Part shown: positions 14,101 to 26,193 of the stretch, piece after piece
Layout of the letters: each line of letters begins with the position of its first letter
Numbering within the stretch: position 1 is the first letter of the stretch
DNA from: Ascidiella aspersa
Lineage: Eukaryota
DNA length: 64,000 bases
Assembly (NCBI GenBank): GCA_963924565.1
Contig: OZ004609.1
Location: 32,302,001 to 32,366,000, forward strand
Direction of reading: 5' to 3'
Notes under the pieces: generated by a model
Seen by the model: only the letters and a program-made list of their open reading frames with translations
Database searches by the model: none
What the model was told of the DNA's origin: nothing
Position numbers and translations under genes: made by a program

Positions 14101-15637
14101 CGAATCCCCAATTCTTCACGGTGGTGATTTAAACTGATACCAAGCTCCGTCAAATAGCAATTTCACATTACTTGTTATGAGTCTATGACACATTGCCTTC
14201 TTTCCAAGTAAATCACGTTTTCACAAACTCTTTATTTATTTATTTTAATTGTGGAAATAATAAATTCATTTACTATAGTTGTTTCCAATTAGGTAAATAC
14301 AGTGCAAATTTATTCGCTTTCGCGTTTAATTTGGTATAGTATTTTTGTGCCCATTCCACGGATAAATATAGATTCAAAAAATATTAACACGTCGACTTGG
14401 TACTGTGACGAATTACTAACAATCAATATTTGAATGAGGTAATTCTATTTTTTAGTCCTAAAATTTGTCTGCTATATGGTTGTACAATGTACATTACCAA
14501 AACAAGCATGAACGATAACACAAACATGTTGTTCTTATCTCCAAAACGACTGGTATTTTGGTTCACAGCTTTATATCGTTGAGATCATCAACATTTCTGT
14601 GGTTCACATCAATGTCGCGTTAGTATACGATTAAATCAGGGGTAAAGTACAGGTGTTTTCGGAAAGTTACCCATTTTAAGATAAATTTGGTTCTTTACCG
14701 GAGGTTACGACATCCGGGTGGATATTTCGATAGATCTATAGTGTTGTCTTTTAGTAATAAACAACTTTTCTGAGTTTAAAGTCAAAAAGTACATCGTTTT
14801 GGATACAACAATGTTTTAAAAGGAATATATATAGTTTGTGGTATAAAATTTATACGGGGCTATTTTAACGGTTCAATACCTTACGGTTTTCCACATAAAA
14901 AAACTACCAGTTGATTAAAACCTAAGAGAAATGAAATCGCCTTCAACCACTCGAAAACGCAGATAACATTAATTTCAAACAGTCAAGGAGGGCGTTTTTT
15001 ACAGTTTCAGCTGTAGTCCAATACAAAAACGTTCCGGTTAAGAAAAACAAAACGAAAACGCTTAACACCTCAACTGGTGACGGTACAAATGCGTATCGAA
15101 ACGTCTTTATCAAGATGATGTCGATTTACTTGACCTATTTGGGCCTTACATTCATTATTAATTTACATTACAGATCCGTGTGTACCTAATAACATTAAGC
15201 AGGGCGCTTTTCTACAGTTATTGCCCATAGTCCAATACAAAAACGTCCCCGTTAACGGAAACAGAACAAACACGACTTGCTAACAAAAAGCAAGTCTTTA
15301 ACAAGACGAGTCGATTTACTTGACCTCTTTGGCTCTGACATTTATTATTAATCTACATTACAGATCCGTGCATAGTATACCTAAGAACGTCAAGGAGGAC
15401 ACTTTTGTGCAGTTTTTGCCAGTAGTTTAATACAAAAACGTCCCATTTAACGGAAACATACCGAACACCACTTTTCAAAAAAGCAACTTACTCGCAAGGG
15501 TCCGGCACCAGGCCCCCGTCGCACGTGGGTAAGTCCCCGCATTCTTCTCGGTCGCAGGGGGCGCAGCTCATGGCGCTGGCCAGGGCGGCCACTAGGAGTA
15601 CCTCAAAGGCCAGGCAGGTAAAGCGCCGTAGCTCCAT
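2168..15637 (-). CDS. CRIM1: Cysteine-rich motor neuron 1-like protein, first three coding exons (gene continues left of the window)
   Basis: Exons 15637-15492 (signal peptide, MELRRFTCLAFEVLLVAALASAMSCAPCDREECGDLPTCDGGLVPDPC), 11741-11596 (ECCYVCAKQDGKACGGPFGSHGQCDMNLSCIISPAPGQLVTGNEEGVCK, IGFBP domain) and 2329-2168 (PVDTIKSTDVCQFSLYDGCDIVGGICECKRVNACYNPHRFQNVHQCQLFIAKEE). GT-AG boundaries and phases (2,1,1) join in frame. Cys spacing after the IGFBP domain matches CRIM1 (GCxIxxGxCEC...C.NP..F). Confidence 0.88.
4210..4453. mobile_element. Decayed hAT-like MITE
   Basis: CAGGGTTACTTAACC start, GGGGTGCGA subterminal motifs at both ends, AAGAACCACTC end. Confidence 0.5.
5302..5550. mobile_element. 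MITE, same family as 47733-47947, reverse orientation
   Basis: CGCGGACCCCCAAAATATATTTTTG matches the reverse complement of the 47895-47925 segment; ends AAGAACCTCTG. Confidence 0.6.
14983..15487. repeat. Degenerate tandem repeat of about 200 bp (about 2.5 units) containing family A pLTR pieces
   Basis: Unit core ...AGTCCAATACAAAAACGT..C.GTTAA.G.AAACA recurs near 14983, 15196 and 15390. Degenerate hammerhead CUGGUGA-C-GGUAC(AAAUGC)GUAUC-GAAA-CG-UC at 15074-15105. Confidence 0.65.
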
Positions 15638-18600
15638 GCCTTGCTTGCGCGTGTGTATGTGTTGTATGTATCCGAGCAGAGCCGCTGGTGCTGCTGGCTG
15701 TTTGTTGTTTTCTGTCTTCTTTACTCGTTGATGATCTCGCGAGCTTTTAATCCGTTCCCGGGCCAAAGAATCAGCCTTGTCGCAGGAAAATTCCGGTTTA
15801 GCTGAGTACGCGGTCAATACGCACTGCCGGATTAAAACGGAAGAGATAGAGAGAGAGCGAAAAAGTGAGATTAACGCGAGGCAATCGCACCTGCAATTTC
15901 GTTTTTACTAACAACAGTTTCTTTTGTTTCTGGAAACGACAAAAAAAATGGGTTGTACAGCGCGAAAAAACTGAGAAAACATGTAAAATCGTCGCGTCAC
16001 CGAATCAACATTTACGCTAAAAGGTCGATTGCGCAATTCTTGTGTCACTATAGGACACTTAGAGAAAAAATAAACAACCCACTCACTCAGTCATTGACTC
16101 GCGTCTACAGATTTCACTGAACTCTGTGCTGATTTAAACCTGGAGCCCGGTCGTGTTATTACAACAGTTACCATGAAACGCGATTTTGGAAATGAACAGG
16201 TAAATATGTTTTCGCTCGTTCTAGGTAATAGCTTATGTAGAAATGCCAGCATAACAGTAAAGCGGCGGTCCTTCACTGGGTGTCGCGACGTAAAATTTTG
16301 TAATTTTTTTCAAAATAACCTGTTTGTATTCTTACAATGCAAGATTTGATACACACTTTCCCTTAAAAATAACTTAAAGTTAAGGTATTTGCGTTGATTG
16401 TGAAATTTCAATTCAATTCAATTCAATCGCGAATATTTTTTGTTTTTTGTTATCAGCCGAAAAAGTTAGAAACGACTTGTGTTAAAAGTAAAAGGCACAT
16501 TCCAACTTATTTACCAACTAGATTTTGCAACTGGCAGAAAAACACGCACAGGTGAACAAACAAGGCGTCAAAACTATTCACTAATTGCGAATGAAATTTT
16601 AATCGAAGTCCGGGCACAATGCGCAGGCGCCTTTAGAGAAGCAACGACAGGAACACACAAGAAAAAAATGCTTTTGTCAGCGCCTATATTCAGTACGATT
16701 CCGGCGTCTCACGTCGTGTCATTCTTGCGCCGGCCCGCAAGTCCAATTACGGTTTATTCAGTCGTTTTTGATCGAAAGCCGTTTGCAACTGACCGTGACG
16801 CGAATTAAATCATGGCAGTCGGGGCTCGTCGCCGCCCTCTGTTTGGTCGCCACTGTTATGGCACCACAGGCGAATATTGAACCAAGGCACTTAGCGCATT
16901 TTCATTGTCGCCATATTTATTCAATGAATCATAAAAACGACACACGGCGCTGCGGCTGCCACTGGCCCGTGTGCCTTGCGTGCACAGCACCCTAGCTCCC
17001 ATTATATTATTAAGCTGGCGAAACCTCATTTTAAGCAGGCCAACGGCAGACCACCTGAAAATCAAATGCTGGCTTTTTTGCCAAATCACCGTTCGTACTG
17101 ACCAACTCGTGACTGTTTTTCAACTGTTATCTATTTTAATAATTAACTCGGCTGAACTTCGACGCGACCCCGTGCTAAATTCAGCAAATTTAGCACGTGT
17201 TTATCACACTTGTATTGGAGAGTGCCGCTTGCCTTAAACCAACCTAACGCACCAGGCAAAACGCTGAAAAGTAATTCCATCGAATTTGTATTTACAACTG
17301 AATTTCTGCTGACAAGTGGTACACCTGAGGAACTAAATACCCGGCCTGTCTGGCTTTGCTCAAAACACACAATGGCTGGAGTTCAAGAACTGGCAGCATT
17401 GTCGTCGACAATGGACCACAACAATCGCTCGTCTGTCGGTAAACAATCCAACTCTAATTCCATTGCTTATCCAGTTTTGACTGTAGCTGGATTTAGGGCT
17501 AAAGCCTCGGCGACAGCAGACGCGTCTGTCCAACGGCGATGGCCGGAGTAGAGTCCAAACTTTACTGTTTGGAATATTTGTTAGCGATAGGTCTCGCGTC
17601 GGCGGGCGCGTACGGTTTTTCTCTCTTTCACTGCCTTTCTTTATTCTTCGCGAGGCACGGCGACGATCGGCATTCTTGCCCTCTCTATCGCGTGAGGCCC
17701 TTTGTTACGCTAGGTTGGCACGTAGCCCTGTATACACTATTGCTCGTGCGACGGACAGCGCGTGAGAAGGTGGAAAACAACGGGCCCAGGTTAGATATTA
17801 CCTCGTACCTTGCCAGTCGAAAAGGCCACCCTTGGTAACCCTCGACTGGTAGCCGTGCTCGTTTCACGAGTGACCGGGCGTTGCATGTCAGAATTGTCAG
17901 GTATTGCCGGGTCTATTGTTGTTTGGACTCTCTGACAGTTGCACCGCCTTGACGCATTTCCCTGTGTAATCAACGCTGAAGCTTTGTTCGTCATGCTGTT
18001 ATGTGCGATTTCTTTGCCTAACAAGTTGAATTTTGTTTGTGAGGAAAAATAAACAAACCAACAGCATGGTTCGGAGAACCAGCTTTTCTAAATTCCCTGC
18101 ATTGTTGTTTGCTTAACCAGGCACGACCTTCAAATCCCGAAAACGACGCTAAAGTTCATTCTTAGGCCACTCACCAGTTTTCAATGGAGCATCAACAGAC
18201 CCTTGTCCGGCTTCGGCCAAATTGACAATTCGGGGAAGTGGCTTGTTGATGACCGAAAAACTAGAGATGGCGCCGCACTATGCTTTACACTCGCTACATT
18301 GCTGACTCTGTGATCGTAGGGAAAAATGTGTTGATGAATAGACGCGATAATGCCCGTCTGGAATTTTCAATTATCGCCCATCCGACGAATAAACAGATTT
18401 TATGGAAATTGGATGAGACCGCTACATTATGACACGCAATCTGATTCGCTTTTTAAGTATCATGATTCATGACATGTCAACAGGTTTATGTTTTGTTGGC
18501 GCATTCAATACGCCGATCCTGTATGAAATTGTTCCAGGAATGTGACACCTTGATTATTATTTAGCGAGGTTTACTTCAATTCTTAGAAACATTTTAATTA

Positions 18601-21600
18601 AAATGTAAGTTGGAAATGAAAGTAGACATCGAACATACAGCGTACGTCCATACGTTTGGTAGTTCAAAATATACTAAAGTAGAATATCTCGTTACAAATC
18701 TTCGAATCAAGCTATGCTCTATTCTCTTTACAGTTGGATAAGGCAAGGGGCGAAAACAAATTTAATATTCTATAATTACAACAGGCCGCCTAACACCAAC
18801 CTATTAACCCCTAGAGGTTAATTCATGGAATTGAGATTGGCAATATCCGCAATGAATCTTTGAATCTTGAAACAAAATACGTTTCCTAGACTACTCTAGA
18901 GCTCAGTAGTAGGCCTATCTCTTTTTTTTTGGTGGGGGGGGGGGGATTTTTTAGAGTACGTTTTGTTTTGCGGGACAGCGAGAATCGGGATTGCCAACCT
19001 ACCTTCGATTGTCTGTGACAAGCAAAGTTCAATACAGCAAGATATAGTTGCCGAGTTTGGGCACAATGGCGCCCCTCCACGTCCGACGTCCGTGTTTGAT
19101 CAGAGCCAATTTCGGTCAAATGTAAGTTCTACCAAACTGGTCATAAATGCGGTTCAACGCACCCGTAATGAGTAACTACACACATGTCGGTCGTACCGGG
19201 GATGTATGCGGCCCTTGTTTTGCCAAGAAGATTGGATACACTATATTTAAACAGGCTTGGAAATGCTCAAGTATTTGCCTTGGCGACAATACTGTAAGTA
19301 CCCTTGAAATTCCAAAGTTTCACCGGCGTCACTAGAGTTGGTTTAATTTGTTTACCGATAGTATTTCTTTTTCAAATTAAAAAAATCCTATTTGTTGCGT
19401 CTTGGTGCTAAACGTCACTGACCACAAAGTAGGTGCATTATCAAAAATACAGGTTTATCTTTTTGGAGCATAAAACTTTTAATAATTTTGGCGACAAATA
19501 AACTAAGAGCTTTGGTATTTCTGGCATTGTAAACTCGACATTTATGAAACTGGTGAATAGTTTTAACCATTTTAATGTTTAACGTACTTTCCGCTCAATT
19601 GGAAATTCATAAAAAATATTCAAGTTCGTGTTAACAGGATTAACTAATTCTCGAGCGGAAAACACTTTTTTAATATATAAACGAGATAGAACTTAAATAA
19701 ATTTATGCTTTATTATTTAGTAAACTTGCTTTTATTGCGGAGACAATACAGTTCGCCACAAAGGTTATTAATTTCAATTTGCCTTTACCAGCAAAACTCA
19801 CCTAAACAACGGAGAAAATAAAACGAGCGATCGACAGAGTGAAGGTTTTGATTGGACGTGATCGTCATGACAGCTTCTAACAGGCAATTTCCCGACACAT
19901 TCCTCAGTCGTTATGCACCTCACTTTATTGCCTGGCTTGATGGACCATGTGCGGTTCCGATCTGTGAAGGATGGGTATTTTCCAAAGAAGTAATGGATGA
20001 AAGGTTACGTATTTTGTTTACCAAGCAATTTCGTATGCTCAGTCACATTTTGTGCGTGACTTTGTGTTTAATATATTCTACTGCAATGCTCATGACACAA
20101 TCTTTTTAATGCACTACGCTACTAAACGATTAGTAAAACGGTGGCAAACCTCATGTACAAAGGCAGCGTTTTAAACGTTTTGAATAATATATCTAACGAC
20201 CCTGAGCAAAAACGCATACGCAGCGCCAGCTTAAGCTGCACACCACTTAACTCCAACAGCAATGTCGAACAGTGAACATCATTAAAAAAACAGTGTGGCT
20301 TTAATCAGCAATGCGAACTACAACGAAAAGCTTTTTTAATAACCTGGTTCTTAACAAGTTCAAATCTATATGTAGTGCACTTAATGCGTCTAAATATGTA
20401 TCGAAACAAAAGTCACGTGTATATGTGGGAGATGTTGAAAATGAATAAAAATATTTTCGATTTATGCATGAGCTTTAATATCCTTACTACGTCTTGTACT
20501 ACAGCCTCTAGCCATTAGGCGCAAAACGGTAAGATTTTTTTTAAATATGTAAAACTTGTAAAAGGACCATTAAAAAGTGATATCCTGCAAAGCACCAATT
20601 ATAACAAATATCTTACAGCGAAATCCTGAGGGGCGGTTGGTATAGCTTTTTCAGAACAAACTCTGTTTTTCTTTACCGGCGAAAGCGGGTGACGCAATTG
20701 GGTCGAGCAGACACACAACAGCTTGTTTTGTGCTGATTGTAGCGCGTTCGGTAAATCGCAAGAAATTCGAGCAATTTTCGCTTTTACGCATGTCTGGTGC
20801 CTAACCCCTGAAAATCGACCTGAAGGGCTACCTACGTGCAAAAAGAAATAGGCCGTGGCCCGCTGCATAACCCCGCCAAACGCGTATGAATCTTACACCT
20901 TGGGAACCGCCGCGACTTTTTCGTTTTCCAGTTTTGTCTTAATGTAGCTTAGCAAACTAATTGCAAGCCATAACACGCCTAATAACGTGGTGTTGCATTT
21001 GACATCACGAGCCGTTAAAAGACTTGCGGTGGTTTTTTACGTTGCGCTGTTTTTGACAAAACGCGACTTGTGACACCGTAAGTTGTGTTGGCGTCATAAC
21101 GCTTGCTTACAGTCGAAACATGTGGGTATTGTGTTTCCGAAACTTGCTTTTCGGCAGCTGTTTTTTTGGCACGGTGCCTTTGGCGACGTTATGCTTTGTC
21201 GCCGATGCGTAATCATTCCCGCAGCCTGTCAAACACGAGGATGATTCTTCTCTTCTCTTTCACAGAGAAAATTTAAAACTTGCGGCTATTTTTGCACTGT
21301 AACAGCAAAATTTAAGCTAATAACAAGTTATTTTCGCAATTGGCCCGACCTTTGATCAGCCTGGTTGAAAAACGGAGACTCAGTTGGCATCAAACCCACT
21401 TCCATCGGCAGCCTCGGTCGCACATTTTTCAGTTGGCTGCCAAACAAACCCATGAAATAGTTCGACTGTTCTGTGAACTCGAGATGCAACAAAATACATT
21501 CGAAGAGCGAAAACATGTCTTTGGGTAAATTTTGGGCGAATTACAGGTGACAATTTTGCGCGGACCGCTTTTTAACCATCTTTTGTCGTTACCTATTTAA

Positions 21601-23041
21601 CCTGTCACTAGTGTCACTGTATTAGCTTTTCTTGGGCGCCACCACGCGGTCAATAGTAGTGCGTTATTGTCACAGTTAATTCAGCTTTATATAGGGAAAA
21701 GGCAAATTTATGTTCAAACGCAAATCCTTATAGTATCAGGGTTGATACACCTTTAAATCTAAGTTTACAATCAATATATAACGCATGCTACTATTTCATT
21801 AAGTTATGTCCGCCTAAAGGCGTCATTTCATTGAAGTGTAGCGTCATAAGTAATAATTAGTGGATAATTTGGAATTTATTGTATTGTGTATTTATCAAAT
21901 ATGTTACGATTTATGATTTGTCACTTTTTCACGCCTTTTACCAAACACTCGCTGTCATTCTGAGAACAAAGCATTCGGCTGTTTCACACATGATAAATGT
22001 TATATCGTGACACATACTTCCGTAACAGATAAAAGTATTTCACTTGTGTGAACGTGTTATTGTTTAAGTTCCCGGCTGCCAAAAAGGATCATAAATCATT
22101 TCCGCTTTTGGTGTTGCCTTTCCTCTTTTATGCAAACTTTCAACTTGTACATGCGAAACTTATATCAATATATATCCAGTCTTGTCTAGTTAATACAGTA
22201 AGCGGTTGTGTTGCTTGCCGGCTTCTGGCTGGCCAGCTCAACACCAGCCAATAAAATCTGTGTGGATTTGTAATCAGACTACAGCAATACTTATTGAAGC
22301 AATAGCGAGGTTGATTGGTCGAGGCAAATTAGCTTAATGAGACCTTGCAATTAAACCCGCCTGCTTCAGAAGAATAATGGCTGGATCGCGTATTCTCCAT
22401 TTTAAATACAATTTTCTAGCTAAAGCACGTTTTCCTCTGTCGGAACCCGTACCAAATTTACGCTGTCAAGGATCTATCGTTTCATTAGCTCTATGGAAAC
22501 TTAGAAAAACTATAAAATTACTCTAATAGGAGAAACTAATAAAAATGCCGCGCGATTTAAATTTTATTTATAATATTGGTTAAAACTTAACCCTACCCCT
22601 GAATGTGCGCGTTTTAGGTTGGCATTATAACCCACTGAATGCACAAAGTGCCTTGTTGTAAGATTAAGAAAAGTAAAATATTATGTAAAAATATAAGTTT
22701 TTAAATCATTTTTTTTCTTTACGTTAAAAACGGATGAGTAAAGCAATCATCTACTTTGCTATAATAAATGTTGTAAAATTAAATTATATTTTTAATGTTT
22801 TCCATGGTAACTTAATAAAAATAAAACTATTTTTAATCCACAAAATCTAACAAAGTGATAAAATAACCCTGCATTTAAAAAAATTGTGCTATTTCTTATT
22901 TCTCCGGACAAATAGAGTTTTGATGATTGGAGGTAAAGCCCAGTCAAAATACTGTTGTGCATTGTCATACATCACTGTTTTTGCACTAAAATTAAAAATT
23001 AAGGAGCTTTGTTGAAGGTTTTCCAAACTAAAACGTTCACC

Positions 23042-23659
23042 ATGTCTATCATGTCCTACAACGGTGGGGCAGTTATTGCCATGAAGGGAAAGGATTGCGT
23101 GGCGATCGCCTCTGACCTAAGGTACGGCATCCAAGCACAAACGGTGGCAATGGATTTCGAGAAGATCTTCCAAATGAACAACAAACTGTACGTCGGACTT
23201 GCTGGACTGGCGACCGACGTGCAAACCGTTTCACAGAGGCTCGCATTTCAGCTGAAACTGTACGAGCTGAGAGAGGGTCGAGCGATCTCGCCGAAAACCT
23301 TCCTCAGCGTGGTTTCAAACCTGCTCTATGAAAAGCGCTTTGGTCCTTACTTTATCGAGCCTGTTATCGCAGGCTTGGATCCCAAATCGGGCGAGCCGTT
23401 TATTGCTTCTTGCGACTTGATCGGCTGCCCTATGGAGCCTGAAGATTTTGTGGTGTCGGGAACCTGCGCTATTCAGATGTACGGAATGTGCGAGGCTCTG
23501 TGGCGTGAAGATATGGAACCGGATGAGCTGTTTGAGTGCATTTCTCAGGCTCTTCTGAATTCGGTCGACCGCGATTGCGGATCCGGTTGGGGTGCAGTGG
23601 TTCACGTGATTGAAGCGGACAAAGTGACAACAAGACGGCTGAAAGCAAGAATGGACTAA
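23042..23659 (+). CDS. PSMB3: 20S proteasome subunit beta type-3, intronless CDS, 205 aa
   Basis: Full-length [38 protein letters not shown]...[13 protein letters not shown]. The true ATG is at 23042 (the ORF track starts at an upstream TTG). AATAAA at 23844-23849. Confidence 0.98.
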   Translation: MSIMSYNGGAVIAMKGKDCVAIASDLRYGIQAQTVAMDFEKIFQMNNKLYVGLAGLATDVQTVSQRLAFQLKLYELREGRAISPKTFLSVVSNLLYEKRFGPYFIEPVIAGLDPKSGEPFIASCDLIGCPMEPEDFVVSGTCAIQMYGMCEALWREDMEPDELFECISQALLNSVDRDCGSGWGAVVHVIEADKVTTRRLKARMD

Positions 23660-24060
23660 ACCGAGTGTTTTTTTCACCGACTTTTAACTGAGTTGTGCAT
23701 TAGTTCAATTTGTATTGGAGAAAGTTCACTGACATCTTTTTGAATGTTTTCATTTGAATACCACTGCATTTTTACAGTTGGTTTTGACACCAATACAAAA
23801 TACTTTGTTTGATTTAAAAAGTATAACTTGGTTTAAAATTTTCAATAAAATAACAAGTTTATTAAGTTTTACCAATAATTGTTTCAGAGTTCAACTAAAA
23901 CAAGTGTTGCATGACACTAGATAAACAAATTGTGAATTGTCAAATGTTGCTATAAAAAGCTGCAAATGCTTAATAACATGAAACTTTCTTGTCTCATTGC
24001 TAAGCTTATTTTTCAAATTTATTGTGTAACAAATTTCAGGCTTTGGTAGGATTTAAAAAA

Positions 24061-26193
24061 ATGTCTGAGAAAGAAGAATCAATGCTGTCAAAAGTTCTGC
24101 AGTGTTTAAGTGTGTTTTGTAAAGAGGTAAATATATTTTCATATGTGCAAATTGGACAGTTTGACACTGGTCTAGAATCCAACTTCTATTGCTAACATCA
24201 TTTAGCTTAAGGTGTAAGTTGGGGTTTGGGTTGGTTAAGTATTGTTATCACATTGATTTCTTCATGCAATTTCTGCTTTTTGCATTTCTAAAAATGTTAA
24301 GGATTATAGACTAGCACCGGCAGTTTATCATAAAGTATGTATGCTCAAGTGAACTGGATGTTGAATTATACATCTTTGCATACAGATTAATCTGCCAGAG
24401 AATGTTGTCTGTATCAACGCAGACTGGAAAGACGAACTTACAAATCGTAACCCTCAACCAGAGATTCAAAAATTATCGAAATCACTTCAAGTAAGGTTTG
24501 TTATGTTTTAAATTATATTTTAAAACTTATCCAGTTTTCTATTTTTGCATAAGTCCAAAATTCCGGTCCAAATTTTCTCTGGGTCAACATTCCTTGTTTA
24601 ATGTCATACCACACACACAAACACAGATAACTGAACCTTTTTTCAGCCTAATGATTTGTAGGACAAAGATTAATAATGTATAATTGTGCAGTTAATATAT
24701 TTTCCTTGACAGGATATTTTGGATGCCCCTACTTCAACACAAATAGATCCAGCAGCCGACCCATCCCTGGTTCAAATAACAGCCACAAAACAAGAAGTAA
24801 GTATGTTAGAGATCTGCGTTTATGGGTTAATTAATATTAGCGTTTAGTCCACTATTGTTTTTAAAACTATATAGTGCCACCCGATTACCCTGTTTTTTTA
24901 AATGTTACTCATATTTTAAAGTTAGTTTGTAATGTGAGTTGTAGAGCCCCTGTTCTACAGAGTCATACTACTCAACAGGAATTTTCGATTTAAACATGAA
25001 TTGTTGATTTAGCTATCTTTCCAAAATTTAACTTAGGAGCCCCTGTTTAAAAGAGTCACACTACTTGACAGGAATTTCTGATTTAAACAGGAATTGTTTA
25101 TTTCTATCTTCCCAAAATTTAACTTTAGAAGGTAGTGATGTTTGCTTGTTTAGTTGGACAAGCGAATAGCTGCGTTTATTGCCCATGCACAACATGCAGT
25201 TGATGAACAGAATATCCGAGACTTCAGACCAACTGGCAAGTAAGCAATACAAGAGACACTTATTTGTATATATGTATTAAAAAATACATCCAGCATTATA
25301 TAGAAGCTGTAGATAAGTTTTTTATGTAACTGTAATTTATATAAAGGTTGCATGTAACATCAAATGCTCATAGTTTTTGTACTTTAAACCAAGTTATGTT
25401 TGTTAAGCTCTGATGATGGTTGTGCAAGGACGAATGCGCTGTATAAGCGGAGAGCCAATAGAACACACATGGAAGGTAAACAACCAATTAACTACTACAT
25501 AACTGTAACACATTAAAGATGTTGTTTAAATTTCGCAATTGTTTCCTCATAAATTAATTTCGTATTTTTTTCTGAATGGACTGAATTCAATAGATAATAC
25601 GAATTAAGTATTACTTGAAAACTATTAAGTATTTACTTGTTTACCGTGGTCTCACTAGTCTGTGACAATTAAACAATCTGTTTTATATTACAGTCAAACA
25701 AGTGGACAACACAGAAGGACCGCAAACAAGCACAAACTACCGCGAGAACGTGACATCCACAAACTCGAAAAGTGCCCATCTTCACCCAGGAGTCCACGAG
25801 AGGTTACAGAACCTGGAAGATCACGTTGGTGTGATTCCAAGTAAGAATATACTTTTAGGTCAATTTAATGTAATTTCAAGTACAATTTTCAGTCAGCTTT
25901 TCAGCAAAGTATTTTTTACTTATTACCCTGATTTTTTCGCAGGTTCGCTTCCAAGGGACGTATACGAACGACTGAAGGCAATCGAGAACCGCGTGCTTCA
26001 TCTCGAATCCGTGTCGCCAGAGTACTTCGAGAGAGGCGCGGGGGAAAAAGGGCGTGACGTCACCGCTTTGGCGCCGAAGCGAGCGCGCCCTAGTGGCGAA
26101 GAGCCCGGCGCTCAGATGAGCATTGACGAAATAGACGATCGGATTCGATCCCTTAAGAGCAAGCTTTTGAGGCAAAAAGCAGGGGCGAGTTAA
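24061..26193 (+). CDS. MBIP: MAP3K12-binding inhibitory protein 1-like, 7 exons, about 268 aa
   Basis: Exons 24061-24126, 24386-24490, 24713-24796, 25154-25239, 25408-25475, 25694-25840, 25943-26193 join in frame. Motifs LVQITATKQELDKRIAAFI, CARTNA, GPQT, ERLQNLEDH and LPRDVYERLKAIENRVLHLESVSPEYF match MBIP. Confidence 0.9.
24944..25130. repeat. Tandem duplication of about 93 bp in MBIP intron 3
   Basis: GAGCCCCTGTT...AGAGTCA.ACTACT..ACAGGAATTT..GATTTAAACA.GAATTGTT...CCAAAATTTAACTT occurs twice. Confidence 0.85.

Noticed and set aside
18920-18946. T run followed by a G run, and the A run at about 5420-5444
   Set aside because: Simple homopolymers with no supporting structure.
146-22254. Dozens of 60-155 aa ORFs in the six-frame track
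   Set aside because: No recognisable domains, many start at non-ATG codons, and they lie in CRIM1 introns or upstream DNA. Only 15488-15817 overlaps a real exon.
23042-23659. PSMB3 as a processed pseudogene
   Set aside because: Full-length intact frame with conserved termini, no polyA tail or TSD seen; treated as functional.
25408-25440. CTGATGA in MBIP exon 5 as a hammerhead core
   Set aside because: No stem II or GAAA follows; it is coding sequence (SDDG).
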